Counted from the stretch's first letter, positions 16,868-25,185 are shown. The stretch is 46,963 bases of DNA from a virus (IMGVR_UViG_3300000944_000002:1-46963); one strand, 5' to 3'. Notes: generated by a model not told the origin, from the sequence alone. Numbers and translations are program-made.

Positions 16868-18409
16868 TTAAGCTGCCTTTTGACGTTTGCCAAACACGTT
16901 GGTGAATTGTGGAGTTGTGTTGTAGAAGATTGAACCTGCATCGCATAGCACATCAACATAGTCATCATGGTCATGTGTCATGTCATCCGTGAACTTTAAA
17001 ATTTCATCAATCATGATGCCCCATTGTCTGTTTGCGGTGAACTCACCCCTGAACTTCTTAGCCGGTAAGAGAACCCTTGAACTCGTTAGCACCGGAACCA
17101 TTTCGATCACTCGTGACAGCTTGTCGCGTGTCCGTTCCACTGCTATCACGTTGACGCCCTGACGCGTCATTGTCTGAATCAACCCGTGGCCGCTTGCTTT
17201 TTTCTCGATATGAAAAGCGCTCACCCGTGGGAAGCCTTTTATCTTGTGATCCCTGAATCTTTCCCATTGCGTCATAAGCTCCGTTTCAATATCAGGTACA
17301 GCCAAACGCGCACCCCGGTAGTCCAACATGTACACGTGACCGTTCCGATGTTCACCAAACAGTGCCCACACAGTGCGGTCATTGCGTTCTTTGGTTTCAA
17401 ACGCGGTATCAGCTACCAGTACAGTGCGTTTGAATCCTGACAAGTCAGGTAGTTCATTGTAAAAGTGCAGCCACTTGCGTTTGATGAATGCACCTTCTAA
17501 CACAACTGGGTCTTGATCGTACTGTGCAGAAGCAACAACAGGTGATCCGCGCCTGATGGTTTTATATTCCTTTTTGTCAACGCGTAAGGGCCACGTCCAA
17601 CCAAGGCGATACAAATCATCAAATAACAAGGGGATGCCATACGGGTACCGCTTGGCGTACTTCTTACCCGGCTTCAATGTTTCGGGTGTGATTTTAGCCG
17701 GTAAATTCAAATGATGCCAGTAGTCACCCGTGCCACCACGTAAACAAAAACCCACCGGGTCATAGTCATGAACCCTTTGCATGTTCAAAACAATTGGGGT
17801 GGTGGGCAACATTGCGCGGTTTCTGACCGTTTTGTTGAGCGCATCGTTGGTCTTGTCACGAACCTTTTTCGAGAAAACATCATCTGGCTTGATCGGATCA
17901 TCCAGCCCAATCATGCCGCTGAAGCCATCAGTGATTCGCCCGGCACGGAACCCGGTCATGGTGCCGAACATGCCTGACGCCAATAAGCCGCCACCATGTT
18001 TAGTGTTCCATTGCTTCTTGGAGTTTGAATCTTTTGACAACCGCACATCCCACATAGATTGAAACTCAGGTGACTCAAGCGTGTCACGTAAGATGCGGCT
18101 GTTGTTGTTTGCAAGCTGGCTGTTGTACGTCACCAGTATGTTCTTGCACAGTGGATCAAGTGCATACCCACGTGCCATTGCATCAAGCATGAACATGGTC
18201 TTGGTGAAGCCCGGCGGTAGCGTGATTATTAGTCTGCTAATCTCACCCGACAAAACCATGTCATACGCACGGGCAACCGCCCAATGGTGCCAGTTCATAA
18301 CAAACTTCTGACGTTCCCGCACCTTGAAAAAGTACCGGGTGAAGTACATCTGTGATTCTTCAGCGATGGTGCGCATCGCTAGTTGCATAGCTACGTTATC
18401 AAATTGCAT
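16868..18409 (-). CDS. terL: terminase large subunit
   Basis: 513-aa ORF. It has a degenerate Walker A (LPPGFTKT), Walker B-like IGLDDP, and nuclease-domain acidic motifs (VLVADTAFETKERNDRTVW). Its start overlaps the small upstream ORF by 11 nt. Confidence 0.85.
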   Translation of the reverse strand: MQFDNVAMQLAMRTIAEESQMYFTRYFFKVRERQKFVMNWHHWAVARAYDMVLSGEISRLIITLPPGFTKTMFMLDAMARGYALDPLCKNILVTYNSQLANNNSRILRDTLESPEFQSMWDVRLSKDSNSKKQWNTKHGGGLLASGMFGTMTGFRAGRITDGFSGMIGLDDPIKPDDVFSKKVRDKTNDALNKTVRNRAMLPTTPIVLNMQRVHDYDPVGFCLRGGTGDYWHHLNLPAKITPETLKPGKKYAKRYPYGIPLLFDDLYRLGWTWPLRVDKKEYKTIRRGSPVVASAQYDQDPVVLEGAFIKRKWLHFYNELPDLSGFKRTVLVADTAFETKERNDRTVWALFGEHRNGHVYMLDYRGARLAVPDIETELMTQWERFRDHKIKGFPRVSAFHIEKKASGHGLIQTMTRQGVNVIAVERTRDKLSRVIEMVPVLTSSRVLLPAKKFRGEFTANRQWGIMIDEILKFTDDMTHDHDDYVDVLCDAGSIFYNTTPQFTNVFGKRQKAA

Positions 18410-18812
18410 CTTTCATCATGTCAATACATTTTTCACGGAACTCATCAGTGACCATGATGTTGCTGACTTCCCGCTCAGTCATCATGTCAAGGTCAGCCGT
18501 TGTCAATTGGGGCACCAGCTTCGCAATGACAGACCGCGCAAACTGGGTGCGCTGCTGGCCGCTCAGTGCTTGATAGGCCATGTGGTCATCAATCAGGTGC
18601 AGAAGCTCATCAATGTCAACCGGGTCAATGTCTTTGCCCTTCTTGCGGCGCTTCTTAAGCCGTTTGATGAACTTTTTGCAATCGCTTGGCTGTGTGGGGT
18701 CTTGGCCTGATAAAACAAGCGCAGACCACTCACCAAGGCTCAGCCCGGTTTGCTTTGACAGCGTTTTCTCAAAGCCATCACGAAAGTCATTGAATTGGGA
18801 ATTGGTTGACAT
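18399..18812 (-). CDS. putative terminase small subunit
   Basis: 137-aa ORF immediately upstream of terL and overlapping it. It has a basic patch (KRLKKRRKKGK). The call is position-based. Confidence 0.5.
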   Translation of the reverse strand: MSTNSQFNDFRDGFEKTLSKQTGLSLGEWSALVLSGQDPTQPSDCKKFIKRLKKRRKKGKDIDPVDIDELLHLIDDHMAYQALSGQQRTQFARSVIAKLVPQLTTADLDMMTEREVSNIMVTDEFREKCIDMMKDAI

Positions 18813-18850
18813 TTGCGCGAAAGGGTATCACAGCAAAACCCACCGGGTAC

Positions 18851-18904
18851 AAAAAGGCCACTGGACGTGCAACCGGATCAGGTTAGTTACACAGCCAATG
18901 GCCT
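18851..18904 (-). terminator. terminator-like hairpin + U-tract ~40 nt upstream of terS
   Basis: Minus-strand RNA AGGCCAUUGG-(30 nt)-CCAGUGGCCU-UUUU. The 10-bp stem is perfect only on the minus strand (one G-U pair, which would be C-A on the plus strand). The large loop is atypical. Confidence 0.4.
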
Positions 18905-19008
18905 AGTCAATTACTACTTTGAAGGAGTTTTCAATAAGTACACGCAACGGTGCCAATCACAACACCATCATCAACATGTGGGGCCACTATATCAGAACAA
19001 ATGAAGGT

Positions 19009-19108
19009 GTGCACCCGGCTTGGCAATTTCAACGTTGGCCGCAATGCAACGTTGAGCAAGGCCCGCTCAGTTGGGGTGAACGTCAACCGGCGTCAGTGCC
19101 GGGTGCAC
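19009..19108 (-). promoter_or_regulatory. long-range 11-bp perfect inverted repeat enclosing AACGTT palindromes (structured non-coding element)
   Basis: gtgcacccggc (19009..19019) pairs with gccgggtgcac (19098..19108). The enclosed 78 nt contain caacgttg twice and a ccggc/gccgg sub-hairpin. It lies directly after the stop of the last early gene. Confidence 0.45.
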
Positions 19109-19115
19109 GCGCATA

Positions 19116-19421
19116 CTATAGCGTACCTTTTTCAACATGTTCTTGTATTACTTGAGTCAACAGCATTACTGAGTTCAATTGGAAGGCATCAAGAGGTACA
19201 GACATATAGAACACCACGCGCCCATTGTCATTTTCCAAGCGCCCAACATCAGCACCGTCAACTGACATGGTGTTGTCATTGAATTGGTCTGACCCCCACT
19301 TGATATTTGCGGCACCCATTGTTCTTGATCTTAGCTTGATAGTTTGTGTAGGCATTCGATTGATTCCTGTGTTTTGGAGACTGTCAAAGTCTGTAAGGTT
19401 ATCCCACGACAAGATTGTCAT
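19116..19421 (-). CDS. hypothetical protein (early leftward operon)
   Basis: 101-aa ORF with an ATGA overlap with the upstream gene. Confidence 0.6.
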   Translation of the reverse strand: MTILSWDNLTDFDSLQNTGINRMPTQTIKLRSRTMGAANIKWGSDQFNDNTMSVDGADVGRLENDNGRVVFYMSVPLDAFQLNSVMLLTQVIQEHVEKGTL

Positions 19422-19735
19422 GCGATGCGAGCCACGTACAAATCAGGCTGAGTGCATAGTTGAGTATAGAACCAACTGAGTGCTTGCAGTTCATGCCTGT
19501 TTAAGCTGGCCGTTATCTTCAACCTGGTTGGTGGTGTTGTCACGTTAACAATTTCACCAACAGCTTGTTCATTCAATTTCATTACGTTGTTTTCAAGTGC
19601 ACCTTCATTGAACTCAACGCTGCACATGATACCTGTTGGTTTATGTGTCTCCTCATGTTGCAGAAGTTGCACTGTCTGTTTTGTCAGGTCAGGTTTTCTC
19701 ATACCAACGGGCGGCAAACTTCTAACTTTACTCAT
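19418..19735 (-). CDS. hypothetical protein (early leftward operon)
   Basis: 105-aa ORF with 4-nt overlaps on both sides (translational coupling). Confidence 0.6.
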   Translation of the reverse strand: MSKVRSLPPVGMRKPDLTKQTVQLLQHEETHKPTGIMCSVEFNEGALENNVMKLNEQAVGEIVNVTTPPTRLKITASLNRHELQALSWFYTQLCTQPDLYVARIA

Positions 19736-20169
19736 GCCAACATACCCACCGCATGACGTTCAGCAATCCGCTTTGCACGGGTTATGGTGTGGCGACTGTC
19801 TTCACCTGTCTTGCGTTGGACACGGCCAATAGGTTTGTCTTGGTGCCAGACCGTTGCACTTTTTACGGTCTTACGTTTGTACTTGCCCCCTGCAAAGTCA
19901 AAGGGCAATGTGCTGACAGCGTAGTTACCACTGATGTAAGTGTTGCCCCTGTACTGCCATTCAAGCTGTGGCGGTAAAACACCACGCTCATGCACGACAT
20001 GTGAAAAGTCAACTTCAAAGTCACCTGGTTCATGCGGTGGTGGCTTGGGCATAAGCTTGTTAAAACAGAAACCCAAAATAACTACCCCCGCGCATATCAG
20101 TAAGGCTATGTACACATGGTTGATCGGTACTCCACAAACGTCCATCACTTGCCCCTTATGGTTTTGCAT
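19732..20169 (-). CDS. membrane-anchored protein with 'SGEY/SGNY' domain (paralog family)
   Basis: 145 aa. N-terminal TM segment (HVYIALLICAGVVILGFCF), then LEWQYRGNTYISGNYAV...RAKRIAERHAVG, resembling domains in 20844..21563 and 21763..22431. Confidence 0.6.
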   Translation of the reverse strand: MQNHKGQVMDVCGVPINHVYIALLICAGVVILGFCFNKLMPKPPPHEPGDFEVDFSHVVHERGVLPPQLEWQYRGNTYISGNYAVSTLPFDFAGGKYKRKTVKSATVWHQDKPIGRVQRKTGEDSRHTITRAKRIAERHAVGMLA

Positions 20170-20579
20170 TTTTGCAACTGTGAGTGTAAAGGTTGTGCTG
20201 AACCAATAAATTTACTTCTTGGCCTATTGGTTGTTACGTGATGATAAAAGGCATCAGCGCGTTTGGCAAGTTCACGCAACTCTTCAAGTTCTTTGTCACG
20301 CTTGTTTTGTTCTTCTGGAAACGCTGAGATAAGCGCACGCGATATTAAACGCCAAACGTTGTATGAAAGCCTTGGGTAATTCTCAACACGCCCGGTGCGT
20401 GCAACCTCACTTGATGAACTCAGCGCACTTTTACCCTTGCGCATAACGTCAACATTATAGTGACCGCGCTTTGCGTTTTTGGTTGTGCCGTCATTGATGA
20501 TGCGCATCTGGCCGAGCACCGTCTTGGCCCCGGTCAGTGCGCTGTGCAATTCAATCTTCACTACTATCATGGTGTTCAC
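20145..20579 (-). CDS. hypothetical protein
   Basis: 144-aa ORF (MIVVKIELHSALTGAKTVLGQMRIINDGTT...). No assignable motif. Confidence 0.6.
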   Translation of the reverse strand: MNTMIVVKIELHSALTGAKTVLGQMRIINDGTTKNAKRGHYNVDVMRKGKSALSSSSEVARTGRVENYPRLSYNVWRLISRALISAFPEEQNKRDKELEELRELAKRADAFYHHVTTNRPRSKFIGSAQPLHSQLQKCKTIRGK

Positions 20580-20612
20580 CCCATAGTTGCATGAGGTGCC
20601 ATTATGCCACAG

Positions 20613-20843
20613 TCAAAAACAGTCTACGGGGGTGGGGTTGCATTCTGCCGTGCGGCGGTGTGGGTAATGTAGCCGGGCACAGTTGCATGTATTGCGGTTA
20701 GCCTCACGCCGCCGTTGTGCTTCAATGCTGTATACCTTTGTGCTTTTACATGCGCGGCACCGTATCGGGTTGACATAGTGCCGCGCTGGTTTTGTTAGCC
20801 TGAAGCGCAAACGGCAACGGCTGCACCTATAGCGTTCTAACAT
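20613..20843 (-). CDS. zinc-ribbon protein (paralog of 27718..28041)
   Basis: 76 aa. Motifs RYRCSRC ... CRACKSTKVYSIEAQRRRE ... CNCARLHYPH. Confidence 0.65.
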   Translation of the reverse strand: MLERYRCSRCRLRFRLTKPARHYVNPIRCRACKSTKVYSIEAQRRREANRNTCNCARLHYPHRRTAECNPTPVDCF

Positions 20844-21563
20844 TTACTTATTGGTGTGCGCATGAATAGCGGCATCGTCCTTTAATTGTGTAATGACTGC
20901 GGGTGCATCATCGACAACAGTTTCTATGCTTGAAAGTACGTTACCCTGGTAACTTAATTCCATTGTACGCACGTTAGGCCATGACGTACTTTTAAGCACA
21001 TAGACAGCATATTCACCGGAGCGTTCTACATTGTGTCTAGTATCTTTATGGGAACGGTCAATGCCTTCCATTCTCCACACAAGCGGTTCTACTTCAGTTT
21101 GCGTGACTTCTTTGATGTCAGCGTTTTTAACTTTGCGGGTGTGTGCATGGGTAGCGGCGTCTTTCTTTGCTTGCGTAATGGCTGCGGGTATATCGTCTTC
21201 GTGACTAACTTCTGTGTGTGATATTAACTCACCTTCATAACGTAATACTACCGCTGGTAGATACATCATAGATAAGTCTTCCCTAGTTGCATATATGGTG
21301 TATTCGCCTGAACACTTCACCTTATGCCTTGTGTCTATTTGTCTTGTTTCAACACAGGTGTGAGCGGTGCCCCCTGTAAACCATACAAGCGGAATAGCAC
21401 TCACCCCTGCTGGCATGTCTTTGAAGTTCTTAGTATTGGGTTCCTGCGATGATTGTTTAAAACGCCTGTCAAATTCCTGCAATATCACATCGGCATCGCG
21501 TACCCCATGATGTACAGCAGCTAAACCCCATATACGTTGTCTTAACAGTTCTTGTTTGTTCAT
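20844..21563 (-). CDS. protein with two tandem copies of the 'SGEY' domain
   Basis: 239 aa. Repeat 1 is PLVWFTGG..DTRHKVKCSGEYTIYA...YEGELISHTEV..DDIPAAITQAKKDAATHAHT. Repeat 2 is PLVWRMEG..DTRHNVERSGEYAVYV...YQGNVLSSIETVVDDAPAVITQLKDDAAIHAHT. Confidence 0.7.
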   Translation of the reverse strand: MNKQELLRQRIWGLAAVHHGVRDADVILQEFDRRFKQSSQEPNTKNFKDMPAGVSAIPLVWFTGGTAHTCVETRQIDTRHKVKCSGEYTIYATREDLSMMYLPAVVLRYEGELISHTEVSHEDDIPAAITQAKKDAATHAHTRKVKNADIKEVTQTEVEPLVWRMEGIDRSHKDTRHNVERSGEYAVYVLKSTSWPNVRTMELSYQGNVLSSIETVVDDAPAVITQLKDDAAIHAHTNK

Positions 21564-21766
21564 GTCTCAACCTCATGCACGTTTTCAATTACAGGCACCG
21601 CAAACTTGGAGCCGCTTGCAAAGTTCCGTCTGTGTTGTTGCCTGATGCGTTGCAACGCGTGCTTCTTATCTCTGGCAACAACCTGACACGTGAATGTAAT
21701 TTGCAAGGTGTGGTCATCGCTTGACTCATCACCTTGCAGGTCGCATATGTATCTTTTCATTTTCAT
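21560..21766 (-). CDS. hypothetical protein
   Basis: 68-aa ORF with 4-nt overlaps on both sides. Confidence 0.55.
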   Translation of the reverse strand: MKMKRYICDLQGDESSDDHTLQITFTCQVVARDKKHALQRIRQQHRRNFASGSKFAVPVIENVHEVET

Positions 21767-22431
21767 AGTTTCTTACCTTTGTTGATTGTTGTGCGTCTTG
21801 CATAGTGGTCTGTACCTGCAATTATTTGTAGTTGATCAAGCTGCAATGTAAATTTCAACCCTTTTATTGCCGTTGCAATCACTGTGCCCCGGTACCACAA
21901 CGTTAAGACGCCCCTTTTGTTTTCCCCAATGATGTACTCACCGCTGTACCAAGATGTCTTGTGATGTTCCCATTGCAGCACGCCACGCGGTTTGTGGGTG
22001 TCTCCTATCTCAATAACAGGTGGCGGTGTTGGCCGTGGTTTTGAATTGATGTCAATGGCAGTGTCAATAAAAAGTGGCCATTGTTGCAAGTATTGGTCGC
22101 GCATAGCTTCAGGATTCTTGGGCCAATTCCGTTTGGCCAATTCCGACCAATCAAAACGGCTTTCTGTTTTGAGCTTCACAGCATCGGCCCGTTCATCAAG
22201 TGCAACCTTCATATGTGCTTGGCCTTTCTCAAGGTTGCTGACCCGATTGCTCAAAGCGGTCACCCGCTCATTCATCATGGTCATAAAGTACAGGTGCCCG
22301 TCAGGGGTTTCATGCCCCTCAGTGGGCTTGTGCGGCTCCTGACGCGCCTTTGAGGGTATGAGCAAGTAAGTCAGGCCGGTGCCGCTGGCCAACATCGCAG
22401 TGGCCAAAGCCAAAGTTGTCTGTTCAATCAT
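21763..22431 (-). CDS. membrane-anchored coiled-coil protein with C-terminal 'SGEY' domain; first gene of the early leftward operon
   Basis: ATG at 22431 (MIEQTTLALATAMLASGTGLTYLLIP...) with a GGAAAAG Shine-Dalgarno-like box upstream. I trimmed 36 codons from the track ORF. The C-terminus reads LQWEHHKTSWYSGEYIIGEN..LWYRGTVIATAI. Confidence 0.6.
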   Translation of the reverse strand: MIEQTTLALATAMLASGTGLTYLLIPSKARQEPHKPTEGHETPDGHLYFMTMMNERVTALSNRVSNLEKGQAHMKVALDERADAVKLKTESRFDWSELAKRNWPKNPEAMRDQYLQQWPLFIDTAIDINSKPRPTPPPVIEIGDTHKPRGVLQWEHHKTSWYSGEYIIGENKRGVLTLWYRGTVIATAIKGLKFTLQLDQLQIIAGTDHYARRTTINKGKKL

Positions 22432-22605
22432 GTGGTGCTTTTCCGTTGTTTTGGTGTGCCCATTATATCGGCTATGTGTTGCGGTGTTGGAAATGGTGCA
22501 CCTGTTTTGTGTCGTGTGTCCGGGCGTGATTGCCAGCAATGTGGCAGGTGTTCTGCTAATGGTTTTTAGGGTGCTGCAACACGTGTTCTATACGGTTGTT
22601 CTTTT

Positions 22606-22737
22606 ACTGTGTTTTGTTTATGTTTTCCGGTTCTTCCCTCACGGCCCAGAAAATACTAAGGGGTTTTCCTCTTTTTCTTTCTTTCTTTTTTTCTCCCACC
22701 ATTCTGAAAGAACTAGTAAACATAAACAAAACACAGT
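22606..22737. promoter_or_regulatory. 20-bp perfect inverted repeat flanking a polypyrimidine tract in the divergent early control region (candidate operator/origin)
   Basis: actgtgttttgtttatgttt (22606..22625) pairs with aaacataaacaaaacacagt (22718..22737). The 92-nt spacer contains cctctttttctttctttctttttttctccc. A third, direct 16/18 copy, aaacacaaacaaaacgca, lies at 22791..22808. Confidence 0.55.
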
Positions 22738-22965
22738 GCACAACAAGTGCTGTGCTGTCATTACCTTCATTTATTCTCTTTGTTAACTGGAAACACAAAC
22801 AAAACGCATTGCAGCACCAAATGTTCTCCGCTGTCATGACTTTGTGTTTCTGAATCCGCGCACAAACAACAACTGAGCACAGTGTGCAACCAATCACACT
22901 TTTTCAGCCCCGTTTGCACCGGGGGTGTTCTATCATTTCAACCATCAAAACAACAAGGTTTCACC

Positions 22966-24273
22966 ATGCGATTACGCAAAGACCCAAGTAGCTCAGCACT
23001 ACAGCGCCGCACCCCGTACAGAAAAGAACACAAACCAGAACACCGCTATTTCATCCCATTCAGCCCCCTTGCCAATGAGCCGCAAATCATCAACATCACA
23101 CGCACCGTGAAACACTTTGCCCGGCGCGGCATCGTTCCACTGAACCGCAACCCTGAAGTGCCTCATGACAATCCATACCCCTACCACTGGCAAAGCGGCT
23201 CCCCTAACGTTTGGATGATTGCAGACTTCTGGCCCACCGGACGCATTGCGCGCACACAGCGCACTGACCCAAAAGGGCACAGCATCATGCCCAACAATTT
23301 CATTAGCGCACAACACCGCATGTTGTGTCGGCCCATGCGCATGACCAAGATGCGCGCTGACTTGATTTTCAGGAACAAGCTTGGCCTACCCCATGAGTAC
23401 GAAACACAGTTCCACAACCGCCGTTCCTTGTTAGATGACAAAGACACCAGTGTGTTTACATTGGAATACGAACAAGAGGTATTGAACTTCTACCGCACCA
23501 TGAGCAAAGGCGGCTTCATTCGCTTTGAAAAGTTTAGACGCCGGAGCAAACACATTGACGGCATTGGCAGCAAGTACCAGTTCTTTGGGAACAAGATGTC
23601 ACCTGAGATGCGCGCCCTGTACGTGGGCCAAGAACTGTTTGCACGTGCGCCCAATATGAACGGCTTGGTTGTCATGGCTGACATCACACAGCGCTTCATT
23701 GATAACGGCAACCTGACGTTGATGAACTGCGATGACTTACGTGGCAACGTGCAGCCCAACAAACTGAACTTGACGGCCATCTGGTTGATTGCTGCTATGC
23801 AGTACGCCAACGCACGCATTGATGAAGTGAAAGTTGACGCGGTGCACCACATGCAAGACTTTTTCATTGAAGCCGGGGACGCCAACCGGGGTGGTGATCG
23901 TCCGTTGAAGTGGGGTGACAATTACGTGCAGCCCAAGAACATAGTGGTTGCAGCTATAGAAGTGTATGCAGCATTAACACCGCCTAAGCCGTTGCAGCAC
24001 GTGAACAGCCGAATGTCACAACAGGGGTTGACATGGTTCAAGCCACTTGAAGAGTTCAGGCTGAGCGCAACCAAGGCCATTCAGCGCGCAACGTTTGGGA
24101 AGTTCAACTATAGTCTAATGGGTAAGCACTACCACAACGCACAACGTGAGATTGCACACCATTTCATTTCATATTGTGCGTTGTGTGGCATTGACGAAAA
24201 CACCGCGCAGCGGTATTTTAAGCAAGTTCCCAACCGGGACGGCAAGCACTTGAAACCAAAGGCACCAAAATGA
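22966..24273 (+). CDS. large early ORFan (435 aa), first gene of the rightward early operon
   Basis: ATG at 22966 with an AAGG box 10 nt upstream. The track ORF begins at GTG 22882. ATGA overlap with the next gene. I recognise no motif. Confidence 0.65.
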   Translation: MRLRKDPSSSALQRRTPYRKEHKPEHRYFIPFSPLANEPQIINITRTVKHFARRGIVPLNRNPEVPHDNPYPYHWQSGSPNVWMIADFWPTGRIARTQRTDPKGHSIMPNNFISAQHRMLCRPMRMTKMRADLIFRNKLGLPHEYETQFHNRRSLLDDKDTSVFTLEYEQEVLNFYRTMSKGGFIRFEKFRRRSKHIDGIGSKYQFFGNKMSPEMRALYVGQELFARAPNMNGLVVMADITQRFIDNGNLTLMNCDDLRGNVQPNKLNLTAIWLIAAMQYANARIDEVKVDAVHHMQDFFIEAGDANRGGDRPLKWGDNYVQPKNIVVAAIEVYAALTPPKPLQHVNSRMSQQGLTWFKPLEEFRLSATKAIQRATFGKFNYSLMGKHYHNAQREIAHHFISYCALCGIDENTAQRYFKQVPNRDGKHLKPKAPK

Positions 24274-24857
24274 GCACCACACCCCGCAAAACCCGAACAC
24301 CCCGCGCACCTCAATTGACTGAGACCATGATTAACGCCTACCTTGGGCGTACCCATAAACACATTGCAGAAGTGCAGCGTATGGCCCGCCTGATGGCTAC
24401 CACGTTGCGTGACGGGTATGACTATGGGGAGACCGCAGCACTATTATCTGACAATGTACTCAAGCATGATCAAAGCAAGTTTAGTGCTGATGAGTTCATT
24501 CCGTATGTGTGGTTAACAGCCGCCTACGCTTCAGGTGATAGGCACACGTTCAATTATCCGCATGGCATGGAAAAACGCATCGACGCGGCTATAAAGCATC
24601 ACTACGAACACAACAAGCACCACCCGGAATTTTGGGGTGACCACTTGGCTGGTATGAATATGGCTTCAATGGCTGAGATGGTGTGTGATTGGGCCGCTAT
24701 GAGCACAGAACGCAACGGTGGCCAGTACGCAAGCCCGTTGCCCTTCTACCATAAGGCAGTATCTAACGGCAAAACTTCACGTGGTTGGCGCTTCACCCTG
24801 AAGCAACGTGAGCGCATTGAATGGTTGATTGTCATACTTGATGCGGCACACAACTAA
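24270..24857 (+). CDS. HD-like metal-dependent protein (DUF5662-like)
   Basis: Pattern H..I.EV ... LKHDQSKFSADEF ... IKHHYEHNKHHPEFW ... EMVCDWAAM matches the HDxSK / HH..N.HH.E.W / CDW signature I associate with DUF5662. Confidence 0.55.
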   Translation: MSTTPRKTRTPRAPQLTETMINAYLGRTHKHIAEVQRMARLMATTLRDGYDYGETAALLSDNVLKHDQSKFSADEFIPYVWLTAAYASGDRHTFNYPHGMEKRIDAAIKHHYEHNKHHPEFWGDHLAGMNMASMAEMVCDWAAMSTERNGGQYASPLPFYHKAVSNGKTSRGWRFTLKQRERIEWLIVILDAAHN

Positions 24858-25171
24858 TGGGTAAAGTTTTCAACTGGTTTGAACAACTGTACACACAGGC
24901 GGCTGACTCTTGTGAAGTACCCCATTGGAGCCTGACAACGCAATGGTGGTGCACAAGCATGGTGACCATAGTGTTGGGTGTGTTCTCACTGCTATTGGGG
25001 CTGTACTTAGTTGTGAAGCTGTGCAGGGCCGTGTACTTGGCGTTGTCTGTGCCTTGGCTTGCCACTAAGTGCAGGCGGCTCAGGCGCGAACGTGCGCGGC
25101 TTGAGCATGAGGTTGGCAACGCTAGGAAACTAAAAGCGCTTGTTGACACGCACGACCTTGGCAAAGAATAA
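24857..25171 (+). CDS. small membrane protein
   Basis: 104 aa. TAATG stop-start overlap. TM segment WWCTSMVTIVLGVFSLLLGLYLVV, then a basic helix. Confidence 0.6.
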   Translation: MGKVFNWFEQLYTQAADSCEVPHWSLTTQWWCTSMVTIVLGVFSLLLGLYLVVKLCRAVYLALSVPWLATKCRRLRRERARLEHEVGNARKLKALVDTHDLGKE

Positions 25172-25185
25172 CAGGCACAAAAAAG

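Noticed and set aside
18813-19282. Plus-strand ORFs 18813..19004, 18919..19155 and 18950..19282 in the terS-upstream region
   Set aside because: They are mutually overlapping, His/Cys/Arg-rich, oriented opposite to all neighbouring genes and without start context. The region is better explained by RNA/DNA structure elements.
22379-22897. Three overlapping ORFs (22379..22786 +, 22596..22853 +, 22604..22897 -) in the divergent control region
   Set aside because: They have low-complexity F/L/C/V-rich translations and mutually exclusive frames. They run through the polypyrimidine tract and the inverted repeats, so the region is better read as regulatory DNA. Very small peptides cannot be excluded.
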